NCBI RefSeq assembly: GCF_035084215.1
Contig: NC_090332.1
Coordinates: forward strand, 1,736,001-1,800,000
Length of the DNA stretch: 64,000 nt
Direction: 5' to 3'
Source: Heptranchias perlo
Taxonomy: Eukaryota
Program-made: the position numbers and the translations under genes
Shown here: one piece after another, positions 1 through 11,510 of the stretch
How the letters are laid out: each line of letters starts with the position of its first letter
Numbering within the stretch: position 1 is the first letter of the stretch
Notes under the pieces: model-generated
Told to the model about the DNA's origin: nothing
What the model saw: only the letters and a program-made list of their open reading frames with translations
Databases searched by the model: none

Positions 1-1043
1 TAGTGGTTGTTGGAGGCCAATCATCTCAGCCCCAGGGCATTGCTGCAGGAGTTCCTCAGGGCAGTGTCCTAGGCCCGACCATCTTCAGCTGCTTCATCAA
101 TGACCTTCCCTCCATCATAAGGCCAGAAATGGGACTGTTTGCTGATGACTGCACAGTGTTCAGTTCCATTCGCAACCCCTCAGATAATGAAGCAGTCCGA
201 GCCCGCATGCAGCAAGACCTGGACAACATCCAGGCTTGGGCTCATAAGTGGCAAGTAACATTCGCACCAGATAAGTGCCAGGCAATGACCATCTCCAACA
301 AGAGAGAGTCTAACCACCTCCCCTTAACATTCAACGGCATTACCATCGCCGAATCCCCCACCATCAACATCCTGGGGGTCACCATTGACCAGAAACTTAA
401 CTGGACCAGCCATATAAATACTGTGGCTACGAGAGCAGGTCAGAGGCTGGGTATTCTGCGGCGAGTGACTCACCTCCTGACTCCCCAAAGCCTTTCCACC
501 ATCTACAAGGCACAAGTCAGGAGTGTGATGGAATACTGTCCACTTGCCTGGATGAGTGCAGCTCCAACAACACTCAAGAAGCTCGACACCATCCAAGATA
601 AAGCAGCCCGCTTGATTGGCACCCCATCCACCACCCTAAACATTCACTCCCTTCACCACCGGCGCACAGTGGCTGCAGTGTGCACCATCCACAGGATGCA
701 CTGCAGCAACTCGCCAAGGCTTCTTCGACAGCACCTCCCAAACCCGCGACCTCTACCACCTAGAAGGACAAGGGCAGCAGGCACATGGGAACAACATCAC
801 CTGCACGTTCCCCTCCAAGTCACACACCATCCCGACTTGGAAATATATCGCCGTTCCTTCATTGTCGCTGGGTCAAAATCCTGGAACTCCCTTCCTAACA
901 GCACTGTGGGAGAACCGTCACCACACGGACTGCAGCGGTTCAAGAAGGCGGCTCACCACCACCTTCTCAAGGGCAATTAGGGATGGGCAATAAATGCCGG
1001 CCTTGCCAGCGACGCCCACATCCCGTGAACGAATAAAAAAAAA
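1..1043 (+). mobile_element. 3' part of a poly(A)-tailed CR1-group non-LTR retrotransposon ('family 1', ORF2 ending HHHLLKGN)
   Basis: ORF 3-980 has RT motifs GVPQGSVLGP and FADD; the 3' UTR ends gaacgaataaaaaaaaa; near-identical to the copy at 58647-60378. Confidence 0.93.
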
Positions 1044-1044
1044 G

Positions 1045-1392
1045 GTCCATTGGCTGATCCTGTCCTTGCTCAGTATCCAACAGTCAGCAAGGTTCCAGAG
1101 GGTGAAACCATCCAGTTACAATGTGCCATGTACAATGCCAGTGTGAGTGACACTGATGCCCACTGGTACTACCAGAGACCTGGGAACAACAGCAAGTGGC
1201 TGATGAGCCATTTTGTAAATGGCACCATTACCAGATCCCAAGGTTTCCCCGACCGTTTTCAGCCATCCAGGAATGTCACCAGTAACAGTTACATTCTGAC
1301 CATCGTGAATGTGTCACTCAGTGACACTGCTGTCTACAACTGCAGTGTGTGGAGCTACATCTATGGAGCAGGGACCCAGCTCAATGTAACCG
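1045..1392 (+). CDS. Gene A exon: germline-joined VJ-type Ig V-set domain (type A)
   Basis: xPLADPVLAQ...QLQC...HWY...DTAVYNCSVWSYIYGAGTQLNVT; B- and F-strand Cys, C-strand Trp, J-like YGxGTxLxV; 348 nt, phase 1-1, donor G|gtaagt; acceptor ag abuts a LINE poly(A). Confidence 0.9.
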
Positions 1393-1818
1393 GTAAGTCA
1401 ATGTTAAGTAACACTGGTCACAATTTGCATTCAGATAGTGCCTTTCACGTGAAACACATCCCACTTCACAGAGACACAAGGAAAGGAATGGTCCCTGAGC
1501 CAGGGAGGGTTGGTGAGGGGGAGGGGGAGCCGGTCGTGATTCGCAGAAGTTTTGTGGAGCGAGGAAGCTCCTTCCGATCCACAAAAAACACTTTGGAAAT
1601 TCTGGGCCTTTTTTGAGGCCTATTTTTGATCTACCTCCTGCGATCTCTTTAGCATTGCCCCAAACTGCCATACAGATCGGGTGTGGGCCTATGCACTGCT
1701 AAATTGGTTATCTTTGCGCCTGTATTAGGCCCATAAAATGGGCACAACAATGTTAAGGTAAGACCCCTTTATATCTGATGGACTGGTCATTCAAGGCTGT
1801 TAACTTGCCAGATCTAAA

Positions 1819-2005
1819 GGGCCAACTTTAACCTAACCCTCCCATCGGGAAACTGAGGGGATCGGGTGCAACACTGGTTTTAAAACCCGCCCGATTTTAC
1901 TCCCTGTTGGAGTCAGTGAAGCGTAACATTGGGCGGCCTGTGAAACCGACATGCCACCCAATCCCGTCAGTTTCCCGACTGACGGCTTAGGTTAAAATTA
2001 ACCCC
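1819..2005. mobile_element. Palindromic MITE, probably Harbinger-type non-autonomous element
   Basis: Ends gggccaactttaacctaa ... ttaggttaaaattaacccc are imperfect inverted repeats, internal arms also pair; aaa on both flanks. Confidence 0.6.
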
Positions 2006-2098
2006 AAAGACTCTAAACTAATTTTGCTGATTTTATGTCAATCTTGGACATCGGCCATACTGAAGCTGCTATGTGTGTAACATTGTGATATTTTACAG

Positions 2099-2249
2099 AA
2101 GAATCATCCCTCAATAATCCCTGGATGTCAGATCTTATTGTTATTAGCATGGGCACAATCCTGGGCTTTGTTGTCCTGTTCTGCATTGTTCTGGTCACAT
2201 TGTTCCTCGTAAAACAAAGGACCTGCTTGGAAAAGAGCTCAACACAAGG
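2099..2249 (+). CDS. Gene A transmembrane exon
   Basis: ttttacag|..GG|gtaaat, phase 1-2; EESSLNNPWMSDLIVISMGTILGFVVLFCIVLVTLFLVKQRTCLEKSSTQG; hydrophobic stretch then KQR; homologous to 34919-35060. Confidence 0.88.
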
Positions 2250-2333
2250 GTAAATACAATTTCATCTCATGTCTGTTGCTGTTACAGCACAAAGTCATTA
2301 TTTTAAAATTTGCTGATTTTGGTGAGTGAAAGT

Positions 2334-2433
2334 ACTTCCATTGTACGATACAGTTCCATTGTACGACACAGTTCCGTTGTACGGCACGGTTCCGTTGTAC
2401 GGCACGGTTCCGTTGTACGGCACGGTTCTGTTG
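2334..2433 (+). repeat. 18-bp tandem repeat (cggttccgttgtacggca), about 5.5 copies
   Basis: Direct reading. Confidence 0.85.
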
Positions 2434-2759
2434 TAAGTCGTGTGATCTGCTCCTGCTGTGATCATCGCAGGTCCAGATACACAACTGTTGCCACTTCATC
2501 ACAACTCCATCTTGGCATCTCACTTACTCCAGAACCAGCCCAGAGACACCCACTAGTTAGAGTCAGAAGGGTTTTCAATGGATAAAGTACTGAACAGCAC
2601 CCTGCCGAACACCCTGTAGGAGCTGGGCAATTTCCCACCGACCACGACTGACGGGTTGTCTTGGAGTGCAGGTTTGGTGCCTGGCCGCAGGCAAATATGG
2701 CCCAGGCCTCATGGTGGTAAGAACAAGCAGGTGACGGGCACAATCGGCCCAACCAGTCT

Positions 2760-3375
2760 GTGTCGACCCTTACCCTCCACACCAACAAGTAGTCCTAATC
2801 ACATTTACTCACCCTGTTCCCCTTTCCCTTCATCCCCCTATCCAGTCTGATCCTGAACGTTGACAGTTTTTGCCTCAACCACTAACCCTGGGAGTGAATC
2901 CCACGGCCTCACAACTCTCTCTGTGTGAAGGAGTTTCTTCTGCTCTCTGTTCTAAATCTCTTACATTTAATCTTGTTTCTCTGGCCCCTCGTTCTAGATC
3001 CTCAACTACTGGGAACAGTCTGCTTCTATCTACCCTGTCCCAGCCTTTACAAATTTTAAACACTTTGATCGTATCGCCCTGTAATCTGCGTTGTTCTAAT
3101 GGGGGTAAAAACAATTTTCAATACTTCCTTTGTATTTATATTTCCTCATTCCAGGCAGCATCCTGGTGAACCTGTGCTGTCCCCTCTCTAAAGCCTCAAT
3201 ATCCTTCCTATAATGGAGTCCAATACTGCACACAGTACTCTCACTGAGATCTTATTAAAGTTTCTGAAGGCTTGTCATTATCTCTTGGCTTTTATATTCT
3301 GTACCTCATGAAATAAAAGCCCAGAATTCCATTAGCTTTTTTTACAGCCTTATCAACCTGCGGTGCTGCCTTTAA
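2760..3375 (-). mobile_element. Old, degenerate CR1 LINE 3' fragment
   Basis: Remnant translation LEQRRLQGDTIKVFKI matches the CR1 ORF2 C-terminus seen elsewhere in the window. Confidence 0.75.
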
Positions 3376-3441
3376 TGTAAGAAGTAGAGTTTAGACTAAG
3401 ATCATGGAATTCCCAGTGGGAATCCCTCTATTTCTTTGTTA

Positions 3442-3662
3442 TGGAGGAGGAGGAGGAAGAGGAGGTGGATGAGGATGAGGAGGAGGATGAGGAGGTGGAT
3501 GAGGAAGAGGATGAGGATGAGGAGGTGGAAGAGGAGTAGGATGAGGAAGTGGATGGGGAGGTGGAAGAGGAGGAGGATGAGGAGGAGGAGGATGAGGAGG
3601 AGGAGGAGGAGGAGGTGGAAGAGGAGGAGAATGAGGAGGTGGATGGGGAGGTGGAAAAGGGT
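3442..3662 (+). repeat. Imperfect (GAG/GAT/GTG)n purine-rich trinucleotide repeat
   Basis: Direct reading; lies in a gene A intron. Confidence 0.9.
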
Positions 3663-4267
3663 AGAATTAAGAAATTTAGAGTAAGGCATCACAAAAGACA
3701 TTTGTTCCCTACATCCGGATACAATCACCAGGGTTTACAGACCAAGGCAGTCTTGAATAGTCTTCTCTGGACGTCAGTGTGTCAGAAAGCTGTGCATCTC
3801 TCCCCACTCACTTTTGGTCAACTGTTGTCTGAAAATTTGCAGCCCATTCCCACCAGAACACTGTTCCACTGAAAGTCACCACTGCCTTCAATTTCTTTGC
3901 ATCTGGATCCTCCCTCTGTACTCTGTGGACAACAGAAAGCAGAGTTCTGCTCACTGGCACTTAAAAGCACAGGGAGACCTCTGCCAGCACATGTCTGAAG
4001 GCTGATGAGATTTTCATTGTTAGTAAAGGAAGGACGGACTTAGCGGATTTAACTAACAGTAAAAACATAAAGGCATTGCAGCACACCCCCTGAGACCATC
4101 TTCTTAAACTTTAATTTTGAAATTTAAAATGTTGTAGTGAGTGAGAATTCAAAGTATTGTGGAGTCAAAGTAATGGGAATAGACTCAGAGACCAATCAAA
4201 TCCTGAATTCAGGCTGGTTCAGGAGCAGTTATCCTGCACATGCTGAAATCACAGTGAGGGAGACAAT

Positions 4268-4724
4268 CTTTTTTTTTATTCGTTCATGGGATGTGGGCAT
4301 CGCTGGCGAGGCCGGCATTTATTGCCCATCCCTAATTGCCCTTGAGAAGGTGGTGATGAGCCGCCTTCTTGAACCGCTGCAGTCCGTGTGGTGAAGGTTC
4401 TCCCACAGTGCTGTTAGGAAGGGAGTTCCAGGATTTTGACCCAGCGACGATGAAGGAACGGCGATATATTTCCAAGTCGGGATGGTGTGTGACTTGGAGG
4501 GGAACGTCCAGGTGGTGTTGTTCCCATGTGCCTGCTGCCCTAGAGGTCGCGGGTTTGGGAGGTGCTGTCGAAGAAGCCTTGGCGAGTTGCTGCAGTGCTT
4601 CCTGTGGATGGTGCACACTGCAGCCACAGTGCACCGGTGGTGAAGGGAGTGAATGTTTAGGGTGGTGGATGGGGTGCCAATCAAGCGGGCTGCTTTGTCC
4701 TGGATGGTGTCGAGCTTCTCGAGT
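4268..4724 (-). mobile_element. Family 1 CR1-group LINE, 5'-truncated
   Basis: poly(T) at 4268 and ORF end HHHLLKGN. Confidence 0.9.
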
Positions 4725-4752
4725 GTTTATCTGATGTGTGATATTTATTTAG

Positions 4753-4796
4753 GATCCCTGTTGATGACCTGAACATCGTGTATGCAACGTTGAATG
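4753..4796 (+). CDS. Gene A cytoplasmic exon 1 with ITIM IVYATL
   Basis: tttag|...G|gtaagc, phase 2-1, in frame with the TM exon: GIPVDDLNIVYATLN. Confidence 0.82.
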
Positions 4797-4907
4797 GTAA
4801 GCAAACCAATTTATTTATAGGAAACCTACATCACGCAATCCTATCAGAGTGAAGGTGGGAGGAGATTGCTCCTTGGCTTGTAGCTACAGTTTGATGCATC
4901 CTTCCAG

Positions 4908-4962
4908 GCACAGAAAGCTCAGGAAACAACCTCCGGCAGCACATCGAACCACATTGGTGTAG
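4908..4962 (+). CDS. Gene A cytoplasmic exon 2 (putative)
   Basis: ccttccag|...AG|gtctgt, phase 1-2, open: GTESSGNNLRQHIEPHWCR; bridges the phases of the flanking exons. Confidence 0.55.
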
Positions 4963-5199
4963 GTCTGTGATATTGTCACTTCTCAGGGCAACTTTACAAT
5001 AGAGTGCTGCTGTTAGAGAGTGGCCCTCGAGCCTCTCACCAGCTGTCCTCCTATAATATAAAACTGCCCATTGCGATACGGGTGTATTATTTTTAATTAG
5101 ACATCCTTCCAACCAACCAGACAATGTTTAAATATTAAATATGAAATATTACAAATCATTCCTTGTAACAAATGTAATGTGTCTGTGTTATTCAAACAG

Positions 5200-5246
5200 A
5201 TTGAAAGAAAATAATCAAGGATCAGAAGTTCCCAATGAATTATTTG
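5200..5246 (+). CDS. Gene A cytoplasmic exon 3 (putative; alternative donor at 5248)
   Basis: aaacag|A TTG AAA...TTT G|gtgtat: LKENNQGSEVPNELF; the 49-nt version has the same length and phase as gene B exon 30920-30968. Confidence 0.5.
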
Positions 5247-5769
5247 GTGTATTTATTGTCTGACTGCATGTTACATGTACAGAGATTGGCCCCTATTTAC
5301 TATTTCTCGGAAACTCCCTTCCACATTGCTGGATTGAGTCACAGCCATATTGACTTGTGAGGGTTGTGCTGATCTTATTTTCTGAAATTCATCACCCCAT
5401 GGGTCTGTAACCAAAGCTGCCTCATTTGTTAAACACATTTTGGGCATCTTTAAATTCATAGCACCTTCTGTTTGAGAATTCTCGATGCAAACCTACAGCA
5501 TCAGTTGCCATCGTGTTTGTGTGCAGTCTGTGGAAGTTCTATATAGTCTCCCATCTCCATTGTGAACTAAACATCAGGCTGTTCTTTGAAAATGAAGTTC
5601 CTTTTATGGAACTAACAGGTTATCTACAACATGTCCCATTCCATGTAATGTCATCAATTCCTGTAGACTCCTAACTACACTGGAAGAGTTTTCGAACTGT
5701 AGCAGGCTAATTATGTTGTACTTTAAATGTCATAACATTTGTCCATTGTATCAAGTGGAGAACCAATAT

Positions 5770-6712
5770 TACAGAACATGCATGGTTAGTAAGTTTGCAG
5801 ATGACACCAAGATTGGTGGCATTGTGGACAGTGAAGAAGGTTATCTAGGATTGCAACGGGATCTTGATAAATTGGGCCAGTGGGCCGATGAATGGCAGAT
5901 GGAGTTTAATTTAGATAATTGTGAGGTGATGCATTTTGGTAGATCGAATCGGGCCAGGACCTACTCCGTTAATGGTAGGGCGTTGGGGAGAGTTATAGAA
6001 CAAAGAGATCTAGGAGTACAGATTCATAGCTCCTTGAAAGTGGAGTCACAGGTGGATAGGGTGGTGAAGAAGGCATTCAGCATGCTTGGTTTCATTGGTC
6101 AGAACATTGAATGCAGGAGTTGGGATGTCTTGTTGAAGTTGTACAGGGCATTGGTGAGGCCACACTTGGAGTACTGTGTACAGTTCTGGTCACCCTATTA
6201 TAGAAAGGATATTATTAAACTAGAAAGAGTGCAGAAAAGATTTACTAGGATGCTACCGGGACTTGATGGTTTGACTTACAGGGAGAGGTTAGACAGACTG
6301 GGACTTTATTCCCTGGAGAGTAGGAGGTTAAGGGGTGATCTTATAGAAGTCTATAAAATAATGAGGGGCATAGATAAGGTCGATAGTCAAAATCTTTTCC
6401 CAAAGGTAGGGGAGTCTATAACGAGGGGGCACAGATTTAAGGTGAGAGGGGAGAGATACAAAAGGATCCAGAGGGGCAATTTTTTCACTCAAAGGGTGGT
6501 GAGTGTCTGGAACGAGCTGCCAGAGGCAGTAGTAGAGGCGGGTACAATTTTGTCTTTTAAAAAGCATTTGGACAGTTACATGGGGAAGATGGGTATTGAG
6601 GGATATGGGCCAAGTGCAGGCAATTGGGACTAGCTTAGTGGTATAAACTGGGCGACATGGACATGTTGGGCCGAAGGGCCTGTTTCCATGTTGTAACTTC
6701 TATGATTCTATG
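5770..6712 (+). mobile_element. CR1 LINE 3' fragment
   Basis: ORF with FADD ... PSAGNWD, ctatgattctatg tail; same subfamily as 44381-48440. Confidence 0.93.
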
Positions 6713-6980
6713 CAACAGTGAAATGTGTAACCTAGACAGAAAATTAATCAATTTTAAGGAATTTGTGGTTACAATACACAGTTTCAGGTTCCTGCCAGAA
6801 GCAGGAACATACAGACCAGTGTGGTACAGGAAGATTCAATCTCTGGTCCGCACTGAGCTAGCTGATCTCAGTTGGGGTAGTGAAAGGCATCTTATAATTG
6901 GCCTCAGCATCCCAGATTAAGAAGGCAAAATGAGTCAGAGTTCCCATTCATTCCTGATGACTATCCAGCAATACTTAGGT

Positions 6981-7439
6981 GTCAGCCATGGCTCAGTGGG
7001 CAGCACCCTCACCTCTGAATCAGGCGATTGTGGGTTCAAGTCCCACTCCAGAGACTTGTAGTACAAAATCTAGGCTGACACTCCCAGTACAGTACTGAGG
7101 GAGTGTTGCACTGTTGGAGGTGCTGTTTTTCAGATGAGATCTTAAACCGAGGCCCTATCTGCCCTCTTAGGTGGAAGTAAGAGGTCCCACGGCACTATTT
7201 TAAAGAGGAGCAGGGGGAGTTCTCCCCGGTGTCCTGGCCAATATTCATCCCTCAACCAACATCACTAAAAACAGATTATCTGGTCATTATCTCATTGCTG
7301 TTTGTGGGATCTTGCTGTGTGCAAATTGGCTGCTGCATTTCCTACATTACAACAGTGAGTTCATTTCAAAAGTACTTCTTGGCTATAAAGCGTTTTAGGA
7401 TGTCCTGAGGTCATGAAAGGCGCTATAAAAATACAAGTT
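6981..7439 (+). mobile_element. tRNA-derived Deu-domain SINE (SacSINE1-like)
   Basis: Box A tggctcagtgg, box B ggttcaagtccc, Deu-like core ttaaaccgaggccc...gtcctggccaa, L2-like tail aaggcgctataaaaatacaagt. Confidence 0.8.
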
Positions 7440-7801
7440 CCATCCATCCCATTGCATCCAATCCATGTTACCGACTGGACATTGGACGAGGGCAGGACCA
7501 GGCTCACTTGTGATGCTCTCCTCAGTCAAATAGCTAGCCAACACTCATCATTAAAGCTCAAGTGTGAATAATGGCCACCGGAGTGACCAGCACTGATAAA
7601 GGCACATCCCAGCAAGGAGTCAATATCTTCCAGGGACCAGGAAAGGAGCAAAAAGGAAAAAATATTTAGTTTACAACTACTGTAGATGGAACACTGATCG
7701 AATTTTGGATTTATATTTCCTTGGCCAATCTATTCACCAGCAGGCACTCTTTCACCACATGTACGAAATAAACAATGATTGACGTTTTTATTGTATTGCA
7801 G

Positions 7802-7896
7802 TTGGAAGAAAAGAAGAAATCCATTACTCTGAGCTTCAACTCCCACGGCAAAAACTCCAGCCGACAGTGAGAGTCACTCGGGCTATGCTGTTGTGA
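7802..7896 (+). CDS. Gene A terminal coding exon with ITIM IHYSEL
   Basis: ttgtattgcag|, phase 1 reads VGRKEEIHYSELQLPRQKLQPTVRVTRAMLL*; aligns to gene B last exon; ancestral end SGYAVVRRT* (stop 7907) is in another frame. Confidence 0.7.
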
Positions 7897-8031
7897 GACG
7901 CACATAATCACCTGAAGTTATTCAACAGGATGATTTGGTAACTGTGGCAGTTGTCAGACTGGAAGGACGTGCTCAAATATAATAATTACTGATGCTACTG
8001 CACATCTGGACAGTCTCAACTTCCATTAATG

Positions 8032-8709
8032 CCCAGACCCCGATATTACTGGACAGTCAGACACTCCCAGACCCTGATATTACTGGACAGTCAGACACTC
8101 CCAGACCCCGATATTACTGGACAGTCACACACTCCCAGACCCTGATATTACTGGACAGTCAGACACTCCCAGACCCCGATATTACTGGACAGTCACACAC
8201 TCCCAGACCCCAATATTACTGGACAGTCAGACACTCCCAGACCCCGATATTACTGGACAGTCACACACTCCCAGACCCTGATATTACTGGACAGTCACAC
8301 ACTCCCAGACCCTGATATTACTGGACAGTCAGACACTCCCAGACCCCGATATTACTGGACAGTCAGACACGTCCAGACCCCGATATTACTGGACAGTCAG
8401 ACACTCCCAGACCCTGATATTACTGGACAGTCAGACACTCCCAGACCCTGATATTACTGGACAGTCAGACACTCCCAGACCCCGATATTACTGGACAGTC
8501 AGACACGCCCAGACCCTGATATTACTGGACAGTCACACACACCCAGACCCCGATATTACTGGACAGTCAGACACGCCCAGACCCTGATATTACTGGACAG
8601 TCAGACACTCCCAGACCCCGATATTACTGGACAGTCACACACTCCCAGACCCTGATATTACTGGACAGTCAGACACTCCCAGACCCTGATATTACTGGAC
8701 AGTCAGATA
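8032..8709 (+). repeat. 34-bp minisatellite (cccagaccccgatattactggacagtcagacact), about 20 copies
   Basis: Period 34 (gatattact at 8042, 8076, ...). Confidence 0.95.
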
Positions 8710-8849
8710 CAGAATTGAGAGTTAATAGTTGAACTGAACTACAGTGACCATAACTGGGTGATGGACCAGCAGGTTGTCTGGAAACACGAAGAGGAGGTTG
8801 AGTTCTGTTCCGCTCCCGATGTCTTCTTATCAATTGCAAGGCAAGGGAG

Positions 8850-9270
8850 TGTATATTAGAATGGATATCAACCATAAGTAATTAATTAATGTATAACTAT
8901 AGTACTTACTAATTAGTCATAGTATAGTATGGAGGATGCTTTGGAGTAAACATGGTGTCCTTGATAATATCAGGAGGTAACTAGTCATAAGGGGGTTAGA
9001 AGGAGTTGGGAGTCTGAAGTTCTGCCTCTATATAATATAAAGTATGTTCCCATTGTCTAGTAAAAACCAGTGTATAAAAGAGGGTGAGGTTACAAGGTTA
9101 GGTCAGGTAACTGGAGAGAGAGAGAAACTCAATGCTGCCCTCGTACTGTATAGATTGACCACCTATGCTGGATGAATAAAGTCTGTTCCGTACACTCAAC
9201 TGTCAAGTGTCTTGAGTTTACCTGAAGCGAGTCGCCAGAACCATAGAAAGAAGGAGGTTGACTAATAGCT
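8850..9270 (+). mobile_element. Possible solo LTR
   Basis: TATAAAA 9073-9079 followed by AATAAA 9175-9180; tg-initiated; clean TG..CA ends and TSD not established. Confidence 0.3.
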
Positions 9271-10235
9271 AACCAAGAAACACAAGTACTCTGGCCAAGA
9301 TCACTTCATTCAACACAGAGCAGGGATCGAAACTCAGACCCTCTTGGTTTATATCGTCCAAAAGCACATCAAAGAACCACTGGAACTTTGAAAAGAAACA
9401 TTGTGAAAATTGAATGTGAGTGGGATGTTGGGTTTAAAATCTTCTGAACTTGGGGTTGGATTTGTGCTCTCTTCAAGATAAACAGACATGGGAACAGAGT
9501 GGGCACGTAGGATTAGGACACTGCTCCTGTGGAGGATAAACAACACAGACTAGTTGGGCCGAATGGCCTGTTTCCACATTGTAATTTCTATGTAATTTTG
9601 TCTTTTGTTTGGGACAGCTGAGATTCTGACATGACCACACTTCAAGGATAAACCGCTGAGGAATACATAAGTAGAGTCTCTGCCTGATATGGAGGACGCA
9701 CACTCGCCCCATTGGCACAGGCTCATTTACCTAAACAAGGGCAGGTTGGCAAGAATCAAGGTTTAGGGATTCCCAATTGTGTACAGGGTAAATGTTGGAG
9801 TTTAATGGGTAAACACACAGCTTACCGACAGAAAGCACTGGTAAGCTCATCCTGCTCATCCTGCTCGTAGCATCCAGCCTGTTAGAGGACTGGTTTAAAG
9901 GGTAATCTGGAGCTGAGTGAACCAATCCCTAGGGACAGATCTGCCTCTCCAGGTCGCATCAATTAGCCAGGCTGGCTACCTGTGCCCCAAAGTACTGGCG
10001 ACCTGCCTCACAGTGCTGGATTATCCACAAGGCATTGGCATGGTTCAACAATTAGTTGTGTCATCTTAGAGCTAACTCAACCCCAGAGAGACCCCACTTA
10101 CCTTGTCCCAGGGAAGATCATTGGTCATTCGACAACTGACCAACGCAGGTTTGAGCTCTTAGATGGACAGCAGGTACCAGCTGCTCCTGACGAGCAGCAG
10201 GAGAACCAGCACAACTCACCATAAGATGTGAGAGG

Positions 10236-11106
10236 TTTTTTTTCATTTGTTCATGGGATGTGGGCGTCGCTGGCGAGGCCGGCATTTATTGCCCATCCCT
10301 AATTGCCCTTGAGAAGGTGGTGGTGAGCCGCCTTCTTGAACCGTTGCAGTCCATGTGGTGAAGGTTCTCCCACAGTGCTGTTAGGAAGGGAGTTCCAGGA
10401 TTTTGACCCAGCGACAATGAAGGAACAGTGATATATTTCCAAGTCAGGATGGTGTGTGACTTGGAGGGGAACATGCAGGTGGTGGTGTTCCCATGTGCCT
10501 GCTGCCCTTGTCCTTCTAGGTGGTAGAGGTCACGGGTTTGGGAGGTGCTGTCGAAGAAGCCTTGACGAGTTGCTGCAGTGCATCCTGTGGATGGTACACA
10601 CTGCAGCCACAGTGCGCCGGTGGTGAAGGGAGTGAATGTTTAGGGTGGTGGATGGGGTGCCAATCAAGTGGGCTGCTTTGTCCTGGATGGTGTCGAGCTT
10701 CTTGAGTGTTGTTGGAGCTGCACTCATCCAGGCAAGTGGAGAGTATTCCATCACACTCCTGACTTGTGCCTTGTAGATAGTGGAAAGGCTTTGGGGAGTC
10801 AGGAGGTGAGTCACTCGCTGCAGAATACCCAGCCTCTGACCTGCTCTTGTAGCCACAGTATTTATATGGCTGGTCCAGTTAAGTTTCTGGTCAATGGTGA
10901 CACCCAGGATGTTGATGGTGGGGGATTTGGCGATGGTAATGCCGTTGAATGTCAAGGGGAGGTGGTTAGACTCTCTCTTGTTGGAGATGGTCATTGCCTT
11001 GTACTTGTCTGGTGCAAATGTTACTTGCCATTTAAAGCCCAAGCCTGGATGTTGTCCACGTCTTGCTGCATGTGGGCTCGGACTGCTTCATTATCTGAGG
11101 GGTTGC
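10236..11106 (-). mobile_element. Family 1 CR1-group LINE, 5'-truncated
   Basis: poly(T) at 10236; ORF 10530-11042 matches RT C-terminal region. Confidence 0.9.
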
Positions 11107-11209
11107 GTTTGGAGGATGATGCATTGGCACCAACCTGCAAACCACTGCATGGACTCACATCCATCAGAGGATCTCTTCCACATCCCAGTCTCTTTCGTGC
11201 CCCTCCCAC

Positions 11210-11510
11210 CATCAGGAGGGTCGGAAACCAGAGGACACATGTTTAAGATAATTGGCAAAAGATCAGAGGGGAGATGAGGAGACATGTTTACACAACGAGT
11301 TGTGATGATCTGGAATGTGCAGCCTGAAAGGGCGGTGGAAGCAGATTCAATAATAACTTTCAAAAGAGAATTGGATAAATAGTTAAAATGGAAAAATTTG
11401 CAGGGCTATGGGGAAAGAGCAGGGGAGTGGGACTAATTGGATAACTCTTTCAAAGAGCTGGGACGTTGGGTCGAATGGCCTCCTTCTGTGCTGTACGATT
11501 CTATGATTTA
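11210..11510 (+). mobile_element. Short CR1 3' end
   Basis: ggtcgaatggcctccttctgtgctg and gattctatga tail. Confidence 0.8.

Noticed and set aside
1393-1616. ORF extensions beyond the V exons (also 43254-43333, 51455-51645, 62539-62609)
   Set aside because: Read-through past canonical GTAAGT donors into intron; not conserved between otherwise identical exons
3402-3872. Arg/Met-rich, Glu-rich and Leu-rich ORFs resembling protamine or acidic proteins
   Set aside because: Translations of a trinucleotide repeat inside an intron
6981-7050. tRNA gene
   Set aside because: A and B boxes belong to the SINE head and continue into the SINE body in several copies
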